Source: Candidatus Bathyarchaeia archaeon
GTDB lineage: Archaea; Thermoproteota; Bathyarchaeia; Bathyarchaeales; Bathycorpusculaceae
Assembly (NCBI GenBank): GCA_049515895.1
Contig: JBEKTQ010000005.1
Coordinates: 64,001 to 128,000 of the forward strand
Direction: 5' to 3'
Length of the DNA stretch: 64,000 nt
Shown here: positions 27,747 through 38,527 of the stretch, piece by piece
Layout of the letters: the number at the start of each line of letters is the position of its first letter
Position numbering within the stretch: position 1 is the stretch's first letter
The notes under the pieces: generated by a model
What the model was told of the DNA's origin: nothing
Seen by the model: the letters and a program-made list of their open reading frames with translations, nothing else
Databases searched by the model: none
Position numbers and translations under genes: made by a program

Positions 27747-28577
27747 ATGAACAAAAGACACACCTTGATAATTGCAATCCTTATTATTTCGTCTTTATCC
27801 CTTACATTCTTCAATTCAAAACTCTATCCAGCCCAAGCTCAAACATCCAATACAACAGCACAACTCACGATCACGGGACTAGTAGAAAACCCTCTGACCC
27901 TAACCCTCCACGACATCCAAACTATGCCACAAACCACTGAATACGCCGAAATGTACTGCGTAGATGATCCTAGAACGCCTTTAGAACAGGGCGCCTGGAC
28001 GGGTGTCGAACTCTCTTACTTACTTCAACAAGCTGGTGTGTCCCCCGATGCGATTAAGGTCGCATTTCTCGCGTCTGATGACTACAGTACCGATTTAACG
28101 GTTCAAATGGCGATGCAAGCAAACATTTTAGTTGCTTACCAAAAAGATAATTCATCATTAGGCGCACTGCAGTTGGTCGTGCCAGGCAACTGGGGCTACA
28201 AATGGATAACTAATCCCACTCAAATCCAGCTTGTGAACTATGACTTTTTGGGTACCACGGAAAGCGAAGGGTACTCAGATGACGCCACAGTGTCTAATGT
28301 TGGAGGAACCCTTCCGGTGACGCAGCCAAATCCGATTACAATTCCAGCCCAAAATTCAACCCTTGTACCGACGAGCTCGTCCCCTTCAGTGCCAACTTTT
28401 TCCCCTACAGCATCGCCAGTTGCTTCAAACCCTGAGCACCAATCAACAGGGACACATTTTGCCTATGCCACTACGGCCTCGGCAATAATCGCAGGATCAG
28501 CAGCAGTAGCTTTAGTCTTCATTTTAACAAAGCGAAAGAGAAAACCTGAGTCAGAAGACTCGCTCGCAACCGTATAG
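27747..28577 (+). CDS. Molybdopterin-dependent oxidoreductase (sulfite oxidase/MsrP-like), exported and membrane-anchored
   Basis: ITGLVENPL, YCVD (Mo-ligand Cys), WTGVEL, DDYST, LVVPGNWGYKW; C-terminal TM. ATG 27747 preferred as start. Confidence 0.82.
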   Translation: MNKRHTLIIAILIISSLSLTFFNSKLYPAQAQTSNTTAQLTITGLVENPLTLTLHDIQTMPQTTEYAEMYCVDDPRTPLEQGAWTGVELSYLLQQAGVSPDAIKVAFLASDDYSTDLTVQMAMQANILVAYQKDNSSLGALQLVVPGNWGYKWITNPTQIQLVNYDFLGTTESEGYSDDATVSNVGGTLPVTQPNPITIPAQNSTLVPTSSSPSVPTFSPTASPVASNPEHQSTGTHFAYATTASAIIAGSAAVALVFILTKRKRKPESEDSLATV

Positions 28578-29194
28578 AAATAAGTCCTCATGCGCTTAAC
28601 TTTGAAGGCTTCGGAGATACGGTTTCTTTCAAGAGCGCGAATACGGCAGATTTAAAGAGAAATGATCATGATGATTGTCAGTATGATTGGTTCTGACTCA
28701 GCGTTTGGGAGAGAGGCTGCAAACAAAGAGATGCTTGCAAAAGTTTCGGTGCGCAGCGTTGTTCACAATTCCAATTAAAGAAGCGAGCATTCAGTCTAAG
28801 CAGCTTTTCGCGTCGCTAGTTTTAATCAATGTATTTTTCCCTTAAGAACAATCTTTTTCACTACCCAAAGCGTAGGGTATGATATTTATTGATAAGAAAT
28901 ATTCACAAAAAGCAAACAAGAATGCTAATGTCCGCCCTAAAACAAAAAGGTAGCCTGAAAACAATTGCGAACTATCCTTCTCATGCTCTGTTCTTTTGAA
29001 CAAATAAATAACGAAGAAATGGTAAGAATGACTGTCCCAGAAAATGTTAAATGGCTGAGGATAAATCGATTTTGCTAAAAAGGGTTTCCAGAGCCTCGTG
29101 TCTCTTCATTGCTAACGCAATGAGAATACAGGATCTACTTTACGAATTTGGGGATAACATGCACACTACTACATTATCTGTGCCGATAGGTAAG

Positions 29195-29287
29195 TTATAT
29201 AAGTTTAAACATGACAAACTGGCAGTGGTTAAGAAGTATTTCCCATTCTTCTTTGAACCAAAAAACAAAATTAAGGAAGAAAACAAA
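29195..29287 (+). promoter_or_regulatory. Promoter/5' leader shared with the paralogue at 35372
   Basis: TTATATA-N9-ATGACAA...TGGC...AAAATTAAGGAAGA upstream of ATG 29288. Confidence 0.65.
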
Positions 29288-32236
29288 ATGAAAACACTAA
29301 AAAACAAAATTGCAGCTATTACGATTTCTATGTTCTTTATACTTTCAATGGCAGCTTCAACGATGCTGATACCAAACGCAAGCGCACACACACCGGCATG
29401 GAGCATCCCAACGTACGCCTACATCGTCGCGGCACCCAGCCCTATAGGCGTCGGTCAAAGCGCACACATTTACATGTGGCTTGATTGCGTCTACGGAGCG
29501 GCAGGCGGCACAACCGCAGCAGTTGGAACTAACGGTTTCACGGCAAGCGCGGCATTATTATCAAATACCTACAGGTTCCACAACTACAAGCTTACCATCA
29601 CTGCACCCGACAACACAGTAACAACCCAGACTTTTCCAGTCATCACGGACACAACATCGTCACAGTACACGATCTTTACTCCCACCCAAACTGGAACATA
29701 CACCTTCGACTTTACCTTCCCAGGACAAGTATACGGCGCAGATGGTAACGGCTACTCCGGGTCACCATTGATAGGTGATACCTATTTGCCTAGCAACGCA
29801 TCAACAACTCTTATCGTCCAGCAAACACCGATTTCTGCGCCCATTAATAGCTATCCGCTTCCAACAGCTTACTGGACACATCCGGTATACGGTGAAAACA
29901 CTGACTGGTGGTCAATCTCGTCAAACTGGCTAGGTTCAGGTTCAGCACCTCCAGGAGGATACAGCAGCAGCGGTTCATTCTCTACATTGTACCATAATGA
30001 TGCCGTCGGACCTCAAACGTCTCACCTTATGTGGACAAAGGATCTTCAATTTGGAGGAGTTGCAGGAGGAAACCAGTTTCTTGCGGGTGGCTCAAATCCA
30101 AACGGAGCTATTCCAGGAGCACAGTATTTCGAAGGGTCCTCCTACGCGCCAAGATTCTACAATCCAATAATAATCAACGGAGTCATCTTCTACACTGAAG
30201 TGGCATCATTCACAGGCTCACCAATTATGGGCGGCAGCGCTACTGGACCAACCGATGCGGTTGACCTCCGCACGGGACAGCTTCTCTGGTCGCGTATGGA
30301 TGTACCGCAGCTATCATTCGGTTACATATACAATCTTTATGATCCCGACCAGCACGGAGTTTATCCACCAGTACTAGTGGCAACTGTAGGAAGCCAATGG
30401 AACTTGTACGATGCATACACAGGAGATTCACTATTCAACGTAACTAATGTTCCATCTGGGACAGCAGTCATGGGTCCAAGCGGTGAACAGCTGAGATACG
30501 TCGCGTTAAACACCGGTACAACTGCAAATCCACAATGGTACTTATCTGAATGGAACATGTCCAAGCTATGGCAGTACGACATTAACCCATACACTGGCGG
30601 CGGAAGCTTATCACCATCGATTATAAATGCAACCAATGGAGCCCTAATTCAACAACTTCCTATTCCGATTACGGGAGAGTCAGGCACTTTACCGCCTGGT
30701 CATCCAACCTCTGCAAGCTCAGCTTGTCCCTACGGTTCTTGGCTGACAGTCAATGCTAACGTTCCTATGAACTCAAATGCACTCCTTCCAGGATCAACAA
30801 CAACTGCCATCAAAAATATCAACCAGGATTCTTTGACGACATACGACTGGAACATCTCGATACCCTTCGCCAACACTATGCCCGTCGGACCACCCAGTAT
30901 CTTTGGACCAGCGAGTCCCTTTACAATAGTCGCAGCTAACTACAACGATATCTTGTTATGCAGAAACGGCTCATTACCTAGTGGTTTTGAGGCAACCGGC
31001 ACAGGCACTTCACAAGGTCCTTATACATACTTCGCTGTTAACCTCAATTCATCTAGGGGCACCGTCGGCTCGATACTTTGGATGAAAACATATAATCCGC
31101 CAGCAGGCAACATCACTCTTAACGCTGAGCCAGTTGACTTCCAGACCCGCGTCTTCACATTTGATTATGGAGAAACTCTACAATGGGTAGGATACAGTCT
31201 GGACACAGGCAACATGCTATGGGGTCCAACTGCGCCTCAAAAGTCATTTGACTACTATGGTTACCCAGGAACAGTCTCTTTACCTGCTACAATCGCTTAC
31301 GGCCACCTATACTGCAGTTCATTCTCAGGAATATGTTACGCGTATAACGATTTGACTGGCCACGTAGATTGGACTTGGGGTAACGGAGCACCAGGATCAG
31401 ACAACAGCACTTATGGCGGCTTGCAAATCTTCTACGGTGATTACCCAACCATGATTCAGTCTATTGCTAACGGAGTAATATACTTAGCAACTAACGAGCA
31501 CACTATACCTAACCCGATTTACAAGGGCGCAGTGGCAACAGCTCTCAATGCTACAACAGGGAAATTAATATGGCAACTCTCTGATTACCCAAGCGAATGG
31601 TCCAGCCCTGGCAGTGAATGGGCTACAGCAGATGGCTATATAGCATGTATAAACGGTTATTCCAGCCAAATTTACAGTATTGGCAGGGGACCAAGCGCTA
31701 CTACTGCTGAGGTAGAACCCTTTGGTGCATCCGTAGTGATTAGCGGTACGGTGATGGATGTTTCTTCTGGTACAAAACAAAACCAACAGGCTGCTGACTT
31801 TCCAAACGGCGTTCCTTGCTCTTCTGATGCTAGCATGAAAGACTGGATGGGCTACGTCTACCAGCAGAAGCCGGTTCCGACCAACTTTACAGGCGTTCCC
31901 GTTAACGTGTACGTATTAGACTCTAACCACAACTACAGACAAATAGGCACCGCAACCACTGACGCAACTGGTACGTACAGCCTAACATGGACACCAGACA
32001 TCTCAGGCAACTTCACGGTTACAGCTACCTTCGCAGGCACAAATGGCTACTGGCCATCATCCGCTGAAACGCACTTTTACGCTGTCCCAGCAGCACCAAC
32101 AGTAGCACCAACAGCAACACCGCTTAGCGGAGTTGCCACGCAAAACACACTAATGTACGGCATCATTGCAATCATCATTGTGATAATCATAATCGGCGCC
32201 TTGATAATGCTAATGCTCAGCAGAAGAAAACCATAA
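29288..32236 (+). CDS. Large cell-surface protein with PQQ-like beta-propeller repeats and C-terminal TM anchor
   Basis: Signal peptide from ATG 29288, AVDLRTGQLLW / ALNATTGKLIW repeats, FPNGVPC.SD.SM..WM motif, TM followed by RRKP. Confidence 0.85.
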   Translation: MKTLKNKIAAITISMFFILSMAASTMLIPNASAHTPAWSIPTYAYIVAAPSPIGVGQSAHIYMWLDCVYGAAGGTTAAVGTNGFTASAALLSNTYRFHNYKLTITAPDNTVTTQTFPVITDTTSSQYTIFTPTQTGTYTFDFTFPGQVYGADGNGYSGSPLIGDTYLPSNASTTLIVQQTPISAPINSYPLPTAYWTHPVYGENTDWWSISSNWLGSGSAPPGGYSSSGSFSTLYHNDAVGPQTSHLMWTKDLQFGGVAGGNQFLAGGSNPNGAIPGAQYFEGSSYAPRFYNPIIINGVIFYTEVASFTGSPIMGGSATGPTDAVDLRTGQLLWSRMDVPQLSFGYIYNLYDPDQHGVYPPVLVATVGSQWNLYDAYTGDSLFNVTNVPSGTAVMGPSGEQLRYVALNTGTTANPQWYLSEWNMSKLWQYDINPYTGGGSLSPSIINATNGALIQQLPIPITGESGTLPPGHPTSASSACPYGSWLTVNANVPMNSNALLPGSTTTAIKNINQDSLTTYDWNISIPFANTMPVGPPSIFGPASPFTIVAANYNDILLCRNGSLPSGFEATGTGTSQGPYTYFAVNLNSSRGTVGSILWMKTYNPPAGNITLNAEPVDFQTRVFTFDYGETLQWVGYSLDTGNMLWGPTAPQKSFDYYGYPGTVSLPATIAYGHLYCSSFSGICYAYNDLTGHVDWTWGNGAPGSDNSTYGGLQIFYGDYPTMIQSIANGVIYLATNEHTIPNPIYKGAVATALNATTGKLIWQLSDYPSEWSSPGSEWATADGYIACINGYSSQIYSIGRGPSATTAEVEPFGASVVISGTVMDVSSGTKQNQQAADFPNGVPCSSDASMKDWMGYVYQQKPVPTNFTGVPVNVYVLDSNHNYRQIGTATTDATGTYSLTWTPDISGNFTVTATFAGTNGYWPSSAETHFYAVPAAPTVAPTATPLSGVATQNTLMYGIIAIIIVIIIIGALIMLMLSRRKP

Positions 32237-32257
32237 ACCACAATAAGAAAAACAATA

Positions 32258-32275
32258 TTTCCCTTTTTCTTTTTT
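32258..32275 (+). terminator. U-rich archaeal terminator
   Basis: TTTCCCTTTTTCTTTTTT about 20 nt after the stop. A matching tract for the convergent gene lies at 32732-32750. Confidence 0.6.
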
Positions 32276-32774
32276 AGTCACAATAAAGCATTTTTGAAAA
32301 ACGAAAGAAGACGTGTTACAAAAGCAATATTGCGGTCGTACATCTAAATATACAAAATCCTGCTGTTGTTAGATGAGGAAAAAATGTGTCTATTTTCAAA
32401 GATGCCTAAAATTCCGGTTCTTGCTTCAATTTGCACTTCTCTTAACGAACTACGTCCCCAAACTTTCTAACAGCGAAGGAACGAGGGAAGCATAAGTCCA
32501 CGTTTAAGATTCAATAGGCACTATCGAAGACAGCATCTGCAACTTACAAATTCGCTAGAAAAAACAAAACAGTGACCATAAACGCTTGACACATCGAACA
32601 TGTTTTGTAGAGTTAGGCTTATCTTCCAATAAAACCTGCTCAATCCAGCAATTGAAAGCAAAATTAAATAATGCCTAAAACGCCATGAGCAAACTTGTTA
32701 AGTCCGCTTAAGGATTTCACCAAGAATTAACAAAAAAATAAAAAAGGAAAGTTGATTTTTTATTGGCGATTGAT

Positions 32775-35372
32775 CTATGGTCGTTTCCTGAGAATTAGCA
32801 CTGTAGCGATAGCCAATGCAACGATCATTACGATTATTGCAGCGACTATGTACATTGTCAGTTCAGAGGTGTTCACCAAGTTTCCTACTGGTGATGCGGT
32901 CGGTGCTGGTGTCGATCCTGCTGGGGCAACTGTGAAGGCTGTTTCTGTGTTCGCTGGCCAGTATGATTGAGTGCCTGGGAATGAGGCGTAGATAGTGTAT
33001 TTTCCTGAAATGTCTGGTGTCCATGTGAAGCTGTAGAAGCCCCTTGCGTCAGTGGTTGCGGTGCCTATTTGTCTGTAGTTGCCATTAGAGTCTAGAACGC
33101 TTAAGACAACTGGTACTCCAGTTACGTTCGTTGGCATTGGCTGCTGCATGTATACATGTTCCATCCAGTCGCTCATACTCGAATCAGCAACGCATGGAAC
33201 TCCTTGTGGAAAGTCTCCTTTCTGAACTGCCTGTTGAGTTCCCGGCGAAATGTCCGTTACCATGCCAGTTACAAGTATTTCGTTGCCCTGTGTTGTACCG
33301 CTGTTTTGAACTGCAGCCGTTATCTCGCTGGGTCCTTTGCCGAAAGTGTAGATTTGCGCGTCATATGAGTTCCATTCAACAAGATAGCCGTCTCCCACTG
33401 CTCCTTCACCTCTGCCGCTGAAGCTTAGTATGTCCCATACTGGTTTTCCAGTTGTAGCATTAAGTGCAAGTCTCGTGGCGTTCTCAAACAGTGGTGGGTC
33501 GTACATGCGTGACAGCGAGAAGAATAGTTCTCCGCCGCCGATGCTTGCCGAACCGAACTGCCAAATTGGATATACACCGTAAGGTGTGTTGTATCCAGCA
33601 CTTGGAGATTGGTAGACCCAAGCGATTTTGCCTGTGGCTAAGTTGATGGCTGTGCAGTAGCCGCCGAGGTCAAAGGTGTATACGTTGCCGTATGCAATGT
33701 CAGCTGCCTGTGAAAGGGTGCTCAAAGCGTTGTATGGAAGTTGGGTTGGTCCCCACAGCATGGATCCGTTCGTCATAGAGTAACCCCACTCTTGGCATGT
33801 GTCTTTGTCCTCTAAGACATAAACGTCTTGACCAGCGGTAAGGACTTGGAGGTAGTTTTCTGCGGGTATCGTAACGTTGTGCATCCATAGCATTTGTCCG
33901 TTTAGGGCGTTAAATCCTGCTTCAACTGCGTAACCAACGGAGTCATAAGTTACATACGATGGTGCCGATCGCATAAGTATTACGTCGTGTGTCACTCTTG
34001 AGATACTGAGAGCTGGACTGATTGGGTTGCCGTTAAATGTGGTTGGCACAGTTACGTTCCATTGATCTCCTCTGGACCACGCGACCGAAGTTGGCGGTCT
34101 AATCATCTCCTGGTTTAAAGATTGGTTTGCCCAGCATAATGTTGAATTCCACAGAGTTAGGTTGCCTTGACTTGCGAAATAGCCTAGAATCGTGCCTACG
34201 CAGGAATCAGCGGGGTTGATGTCTTGAATGTAGCTTGCGCTGCCTACGCCTGTGATGTTGCCTAGGTACATTCCGTTGAATGCGGAATACAAACGCCAAG
34301 TTGCAGCACCGCCAAACATTCCACCACCAATTTGGCTGTAAAGAACTGCTACTGAACCGTACTCCTGCATTGAATGCATCGACACTACTTCACCCATCCT
34401 CAACCCCTCTGCGTTTGTTTGGCCTCCGACGCTCAAGTTTGGATTTTGCGGTGACGCCAGAGTGCTTGGTGGCGCGCCTATGCCTGGAGCCTCTTTCCAC
34501 ACTGTTTGGCCAGTTGCCAAGTCAATTGCTTCCCAGTAAGCTTGGTTGTTGCTCAACGTGTTGTAGTCGCCGTAGATGAGCATTCCCTGCATGATGATTG
34601 GCTCGAAGAAGTCGCTGATGATTGTGGTTGTCATGAAATTGTGCATTTCATCGCCGGGGATTGGTCCGCCGATTTGACCGCCGAGGGTTGTCGGCTTGTA
34701 CCACATTATATGTGCCGTGGTAGGTGCGGTAGTGTACGGGTTGAAGTTACCTGTAGCGTCGTAGTCACCGGTGACAGCGAATGTTTCAGGTGCAAGACCA
34801 AGCCAGTTCCCTCCGAGGACTGACCATCCATAGTTAGTTGCCTCTATTGGGAAGTCCCAGTAAGCTGTCGGCAGTGGAGGACTTTGAATGGTTGGGATTG
34901 GTGCTTGCTGAACACTGATCACAACCGCTTGGCTTACAGATGGCAATTCTTTATCGCCCACGTATGTTGCTCCTCCACTCATTAGTGTCTGTCCCGGGTA
35001 GTTTGCTTGGAATGTGTAGTTGCCTAGTTGGGTTGGTGTGAATTCCAGTGATGGAATTCCTCCGGTCGGATCCGCTGTGTACGGACCTAGGTGAGTAACG
35101 TCTCCGTTTGGAGCTGTGATGTTGACTGTTATGCCTGTATATCTGTCGCCCGCGTTGTTCATGCCTGAATTGGCCATTGGTTTGCTCAAGAAGACCTGCA
35201 TGTATATTGGTTGTCCAATGCCTACTGGATTAGGTGAAACTTGAATTTCCAAGAACGTTGGGATTGAAACGACTGCTGCGTGTGTTTGTGTTGACAAAAC
35301 TCCTGTCATCGACAAAATTAGTATCGCCATGATAGCGATTGAAGCTATTTTTTCAGAAATTGTGGTTTTCAT
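32775..35372 (-). CDS. Large cell-surface PQQ-like beta-propeller protein (paralogue of 29288-32236)
   Basis: Shares PLPTAYW, GNWLG, FP.GVPC..DSSM.DWM and VLDSN.NYRQIGTATTDA with the paralogue; TM followed by RKRP. Confidence 0.85.
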   Translation of the reverse strand: MKTTISEKIASIAIMAILILSMTGVLSTQTHAAVVSIPTFLEIQVSPNPVGIGQPIYMQVFLSKPMANSGMNNAGDRYTGITVNITAPNGDVTHLGPYTADPTGGIPSLEFTPTQLGNYTFQANYPGQTLMSGGATYVGDKELPSVSQAVVISVQQAPIPTIQSPPLPTAYWDFPIEATNYGWSVLGGNWLGLAPETFAVTGDYDATGNFNPYTTAPTTAHIMWYKPTTLGGQIGGPIPGDEMHNFMTTTIISDFFEPIIMQGMLIYGDYNTLSNNQAYWEAIDLATGQTVWKEAPGIGAPPSTLASPQNPNLSVGGQTNAEGLRMGEVVSMHSMQEYGSVAVLYSQIGGGMFGGAATWRLYSAFNGMYLGNITGVGSASYIQDINPADSCVGTILGYFASQGNLTLWNSTLCWANQSLNQEMIRPPTSVAWSRGDQWNVTVPTTFNGNPISPALSISRVTHDVILMRSAPSYVTYDSVGYAVEAGFNALNGQMLWMHNVTIPAENYLQVLTAGQDVYVLEDKDTCQEWGYSMTNGSMLWGPTQLPYNALSTLSQAADIAYGNVYTFDLGGYCTAINLATGKIAWVYQSPSAGYNTPYGVYPIWQFGSASIGGGELFFSLSRMYDPPLFENATRLALNATTGKPVWDILSFSGRGEGAVGDGYLVEWNSYDAQIYTFGKGPSEITAAVQNSGTTQGNEILVTGMVTDISPGTQQAVQKGDFPQGVPCVADSSMSDWMEHVYMQQPMPTNVTGVPVVLSVLDSNGNYRQIGTATTDARGFYSFTWTPDISGKYTIYASFPGTQSYWPANTETAFTVAPAGSTPAPTASPVGNLVNTSELTMYIVAAIIVMIVALAIATVLILRKRP

Positions 35373-35476
35373 TTATTTTTTCTCTTCCTTAATTTTTTAT
35401 TGGACAATAAGCATGAATGTATAAACATGAATGCCCTTGCCCAATAGCCACTCTTGTCATACTACTTAGTATTTAA
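35373..35476 (-). promoter_or_regulatory. Promoter/5' leader shared with the paralogue at 29288
   Basis: Minus strand TTAAATA-N9-ATGACAA...TGGC...AAAATTAAGGAAGA upstream of ATG 35372. Confidence 0.65.
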
Positions 35477-35733
35477 CATTTGTTAGAAATGCGGATGCAA
35501 GCCCTCAAAAGTTAGCTATGCTTAAGAACAAAAGAGTTTCTAACCATTCTCAGGCAAAATATTAAGATTTCATATAGAAAATTATTAATTAAAACACTAC
35601 TCAACTAATTTTGAAGAGATATTATCGGCTGCTTTTTTGACGAACTAGGTGCAGTTTTCTGTTGTTTTTGGTCTTAAAAGTATTCATTTGACTAGTTAAT
35701 TAGAATGATGACGCTACAAGAAACAAATACGCA

Positions 35734-37008
35734 CTATCTATTTGTGTTCCCAAGTTCGTCCATGATTTCTTTGGCCCTGTCAACTCGAACTTTGCGTTCT
35801 TTAACCATCCGTTCAGCCACCAAATCGATCATCTCATCTTTTGCGCCTGCAGTGATTGCGATGTTTCTTGCGTGAAGTGACATGTGGCCCCGCTGGATAC
35901 CCTCATTCGCTAGCGCCCTGAGTGCACCCAGGTTTTGGGCTAATCCAACGGCAGCTAAGACCTCAGCGAACTCATTGGCTGTCTTTACGCCGAGAATTTT
36001 CATTGCGATTCGCGCTACTGGGTGGGTTTTTACGGCACCTCCAATCAAGCCGACAGCCATCGGCAATTCGATAACACCTTCCAGATCACCACTCACATTT
36101 TTTGTCCATCTTGAAATGCTCGTGTAAGGTCCCTTTAAACCGGCGTAAGCGTGTGCTCCAGCCTCGATTGCGCGGTGATCGTTGCCCGTGGCGAGAACAA
36201 CTGCAATGATGCCGTTCATTGCCCCTTTGTTATGCGTAGCGGCGCGGTATGGGTCGGCAGCCGCGAAAGCTGAAGCGTAAGCGATACCGTCGACTGCACC
36301 TTCTCTGCCCAAGGCTTCTTTGGGTATGGTACACCAGGCTTTCGCCATTCTTTTAGTGGCTAGATTAGAGATGATACGTAGGTAAACGTGACCGCCTGTT
36401 AGCATTTCAATTTGTGGAGCCACTGCTTCTGCCATGGTGTTAACAGCGTTTCCGCCCATTGCGTCGCGGCAGTCAACATACAACTCAACGATTAGCATCT
36501 GCCCCAAGGAAGTTTCGATGATTTTTGCGTCTAAATCTTTGGCTCCACCTCCGAAAGAGTTCAACACTGGATCTTGTTCATTCGCTTTCTTGAGAATATC
36601 TGCCTTGGCGTCTAAAACCTGTTTTTTCGCTTGTTGAGAGTCTTTTAAGCCTACAACTTGAATTTGCCCAATCATGATCGGCGCTGTACTGCTAGTGTAG
36701 AAACCTCCTCCGTCGCGAACCATTTTTGCAGCGTAAGAGGCAGCAGCAATGACGCTTGGCTCCTCAGTCGCCATTGGAATAAGGTAGTCCTTACCGTTAA
36801 TTTGGAAGTTGACTGCGAGCCCTAATGGTTCAGGGAAGACGCCGATTACGTTTTCAACCATATGGTTAACCGTATCAAAGGCTACTGAACCCGTGTTCTC
36901 AAGCAGCCCGATTTCCTCGTCGGTTAATCCTGCAAAATCCTTAACGATTGCTAGACGCTCCTTCAACGGAAGCTTATAAAAACCTGAGATTACAGAGGTC
37001 TTAGACAT
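35734..37008 (-). CDS. mvaA: HMG-CoA reductase, class II (bacterial-type)
   Basis: ENVIG, PMATEEPSV, DAMGGN, RAATHNKG, GNDHRAIEAG, GIQRGHMSLH. Confidence 0.95.
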   Translation of the reverse strand: MSKTSVISGFYKLPLKERLAIVKDFAGLTDEEIGLLENTGSVAFDTVNHMVENVIGVFPEPLGLAVNFQINGKDYLIPMATEEPSVIAAASYAAKMVRDGGGFYTSSTAPIMIGQIQVVGLKDSQQAKKQVLDAKADILKKANEQDPVLNSFGGGAKDLDAKIIETSLGQMLIVELYVDCRDAMGGNAVNTMAEAVAPQIEMLTGGHVYLRIISNLATKRMAKAWCTIPKEALGREGAVDGIAYASAFAAADPYRAATHNKGAMNGIIAVVLATGNDHRAIEAGAHAYAGLKGPYTSISRWTKNVSGDLEGVIELPMAVGLIGGAVKTHPVARIAMKILGVKTANEFAEVLAAVGLAQNLGALRALANEGIQRGHMSLHARNIAITAGAKDEMIDLVAERMVKERKVRVDRAKEIMDELGNTNR

Positions 37009-37096
37009 TTTTCATCCCTTTGCTCGCGCCCAAATTGAAAGAGTAGTTCCAATTTGGACATTTAAGCTTAACCAAAATTAACCAGAATACTTGGGT

Positions 37097-38116
37097 TCAC
37101 AGTGTTGTTTGCCCCGGAGTTCTCGGCATTGGAAACGCAGAGACGCCCAATCTCTTGCGGATTTCCTTCGCCAAAACTGCGCCATGACTGACTCGATAAT
37201 TGTCCGTGACAACTTTTTTTGCCTTTGAACGCTTCACGTACTCGATTAACCCGTCAAAATCCGAGTGGTCGCTTAACGCCACCAAGTATTCTCTTTCGCC
37301 AATTCGCTTGCACGCTGAGTTGAATTCCCACCCGCTAAGACAGATACGCGCGTTACCAAGACCGACGTAACCTCGGGCATTCATGTGGTAGAAAGCGACA
37401 CATGGAAGATTGCCGTCCAAAAGTTGCCGCCCGTCAGCATTCGTTGAAAGGGACATGTCGCCGAGACGCATGCCGTGATATTTACAAACTTTGGCAATTT
37501 CATAAACCCGCTCGGGCATAACGAAGGGCACAGAAACGTCAGCGTCTCTCAGAAGCTGCATGGCTTCCTGAAGTTTCCCGTGGTACCCAAAAACGTAAAC
37601 AGAGCCGCCACGCAGTCGTTTCTCAACCATGGATACATATAGTTCACGCACATCCACGTTGAACCTGCGTCTGCAGGATGGGCTTCCATATGTTGCCTCA
37701 ACCACCAGCACGTCACACTCCACGGCTGGCGTGTCGTCAATACGGAAGTCGCCGCTATATGCAATCCGTATTCCGTCAGCGTCCTCAACCAGCACCTGTG
37801 CTGCACCCAAAATATGGTCGGCCTTAAATAGTGTTATCTGTTCGTCTCCGAACAGGAAGGGTTCACAGTACCTCAAGGTTTCAATCTTGATTCCCTTAAG
37901 ATTGAGCGAGCAGTCAAGCTTTTGGGCAAGGTCCCTTGTGGCGCTCGTCATCAAAACTTTTTGGCAGCATTTGAGGCTTTTCCGTAATCCGCCAAGATGA
38001 TCTGCGTGTGCGTGGGTTACAATCCTTAGCGGGCGGTTCTCGTCAAATGCGTCGCATGCGACATTACTGCCTAGCAGAACTGCACCATTCTTCGCTACCT
38101 GTGCCCTTTCAGCCAT
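37097..38116 (-). CDS. Metallo-beta-lactamase-fold nuclease (beta-CASP-like)
   Basis: THAHADH, HILGAAQ, YSGDF, EATYG, LSDHSDF. Confidence 0.88.
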   Translation of the reverse strand: MAERAQVAKNGAVLLGSNVACDAFDENRPLRIVTHAHADHLGGLRKSLKCCQKVLMTSATRDLAQKLDCSLNLKGIKIETLRYCEPFLFGDEQITLFKADHILGAAQVLVEDADGIRIAYSGDFRIDDTPAVECDVLVVEATYGSPSCRRRFNVDVRELYVSMVEKRLRGGSVYVFGYHGKLQEAMQLLRDADVSVPFVMPERVYEIAKVCKYHGMRLGDMSLSTNADGRQLLDGNLPCVAFYHMNARGYVGLGNARICLSGWEFNSACKRIGEREYLVALSDHSDFDGLIEYVKRSKAKKVVTDNYRVSHGAVLAKEIRKRLGVSAFPMPRTPGQTTL

Positions 38117-38128
38117 CCTTATCCTTAC

Positions 38129-38527
38129 CTAAGTTGTTTTTTCGGCCAGCCACTCGACTAGCTGCCTTGGATTCTCACTTATAATGGTTACGCGAATCGG
38201 GCCTAACGGGGACTCTCCTGTTTCCTCCGAAAAAGAGATGTGCCCTGCAAAAGCGACCTGCTTATTAAGGCAGAAACTCAGAGAGTTTCCTCGTATGCTG
38301 TGAAAAAGGGCTTTTCTGGCTGCATCACGAATTCTGTCAGTTCGCAGCAGGTTACGAAACTTTAGAAGCGAATCCTTCCCGGATGCTTTAGCCGTCAAGA
38401 CGCTGCCTTTGAGGTCGGGTGCGACTGTTATTGAAACGTTGCCTAATATATTACAAACTGCCGTTTTCACTTTTTCTTCAGTTTCCGTCGGGTTAATTTC
38501 CGTTTCCGCGTGAATTACTTGATCCAT
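38129..38527 (-). CDS. UPF0201/DUF54 putative RNA-binding protein
   Basis: INPTE.EEKV, IRDAAR, LNKQVAFAG, SPLGPI. Confidence 0.9.
   Translation of the reverse strand: MDQVIHAETEINPTETEEKVKTAVCNILGNVSITVAPDLKGSVLTAKASGKDSLLKFRNLLRTDRIRDAARKALFHSIRGNSLSFCLNKQVAFAGHISFSEETGESPLGPIRVTIISENPRQLVEWLAEKTT

Noticed and set aside
29051-29287. 79-aa N-terminal extension of the surface protein in the ORF track
   Set aside because: The region contains the TATA box and leader shared with the paralogue; the signal peptide begins at ATG 29288.
31780-33220. Inverted similarity between the 3' ends of the two surface-protein genes as a DGR or shufflon
   Set aside because: Explained by paralogous C-terminal domains; no reverse transcriptase, recombinase or adenine-specific variation seen.
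35734-37008. Bacterial-type HMG-CoA reductase as a novelty
   Set aside because: Class II enzymes are already known in several archaeal lineages.
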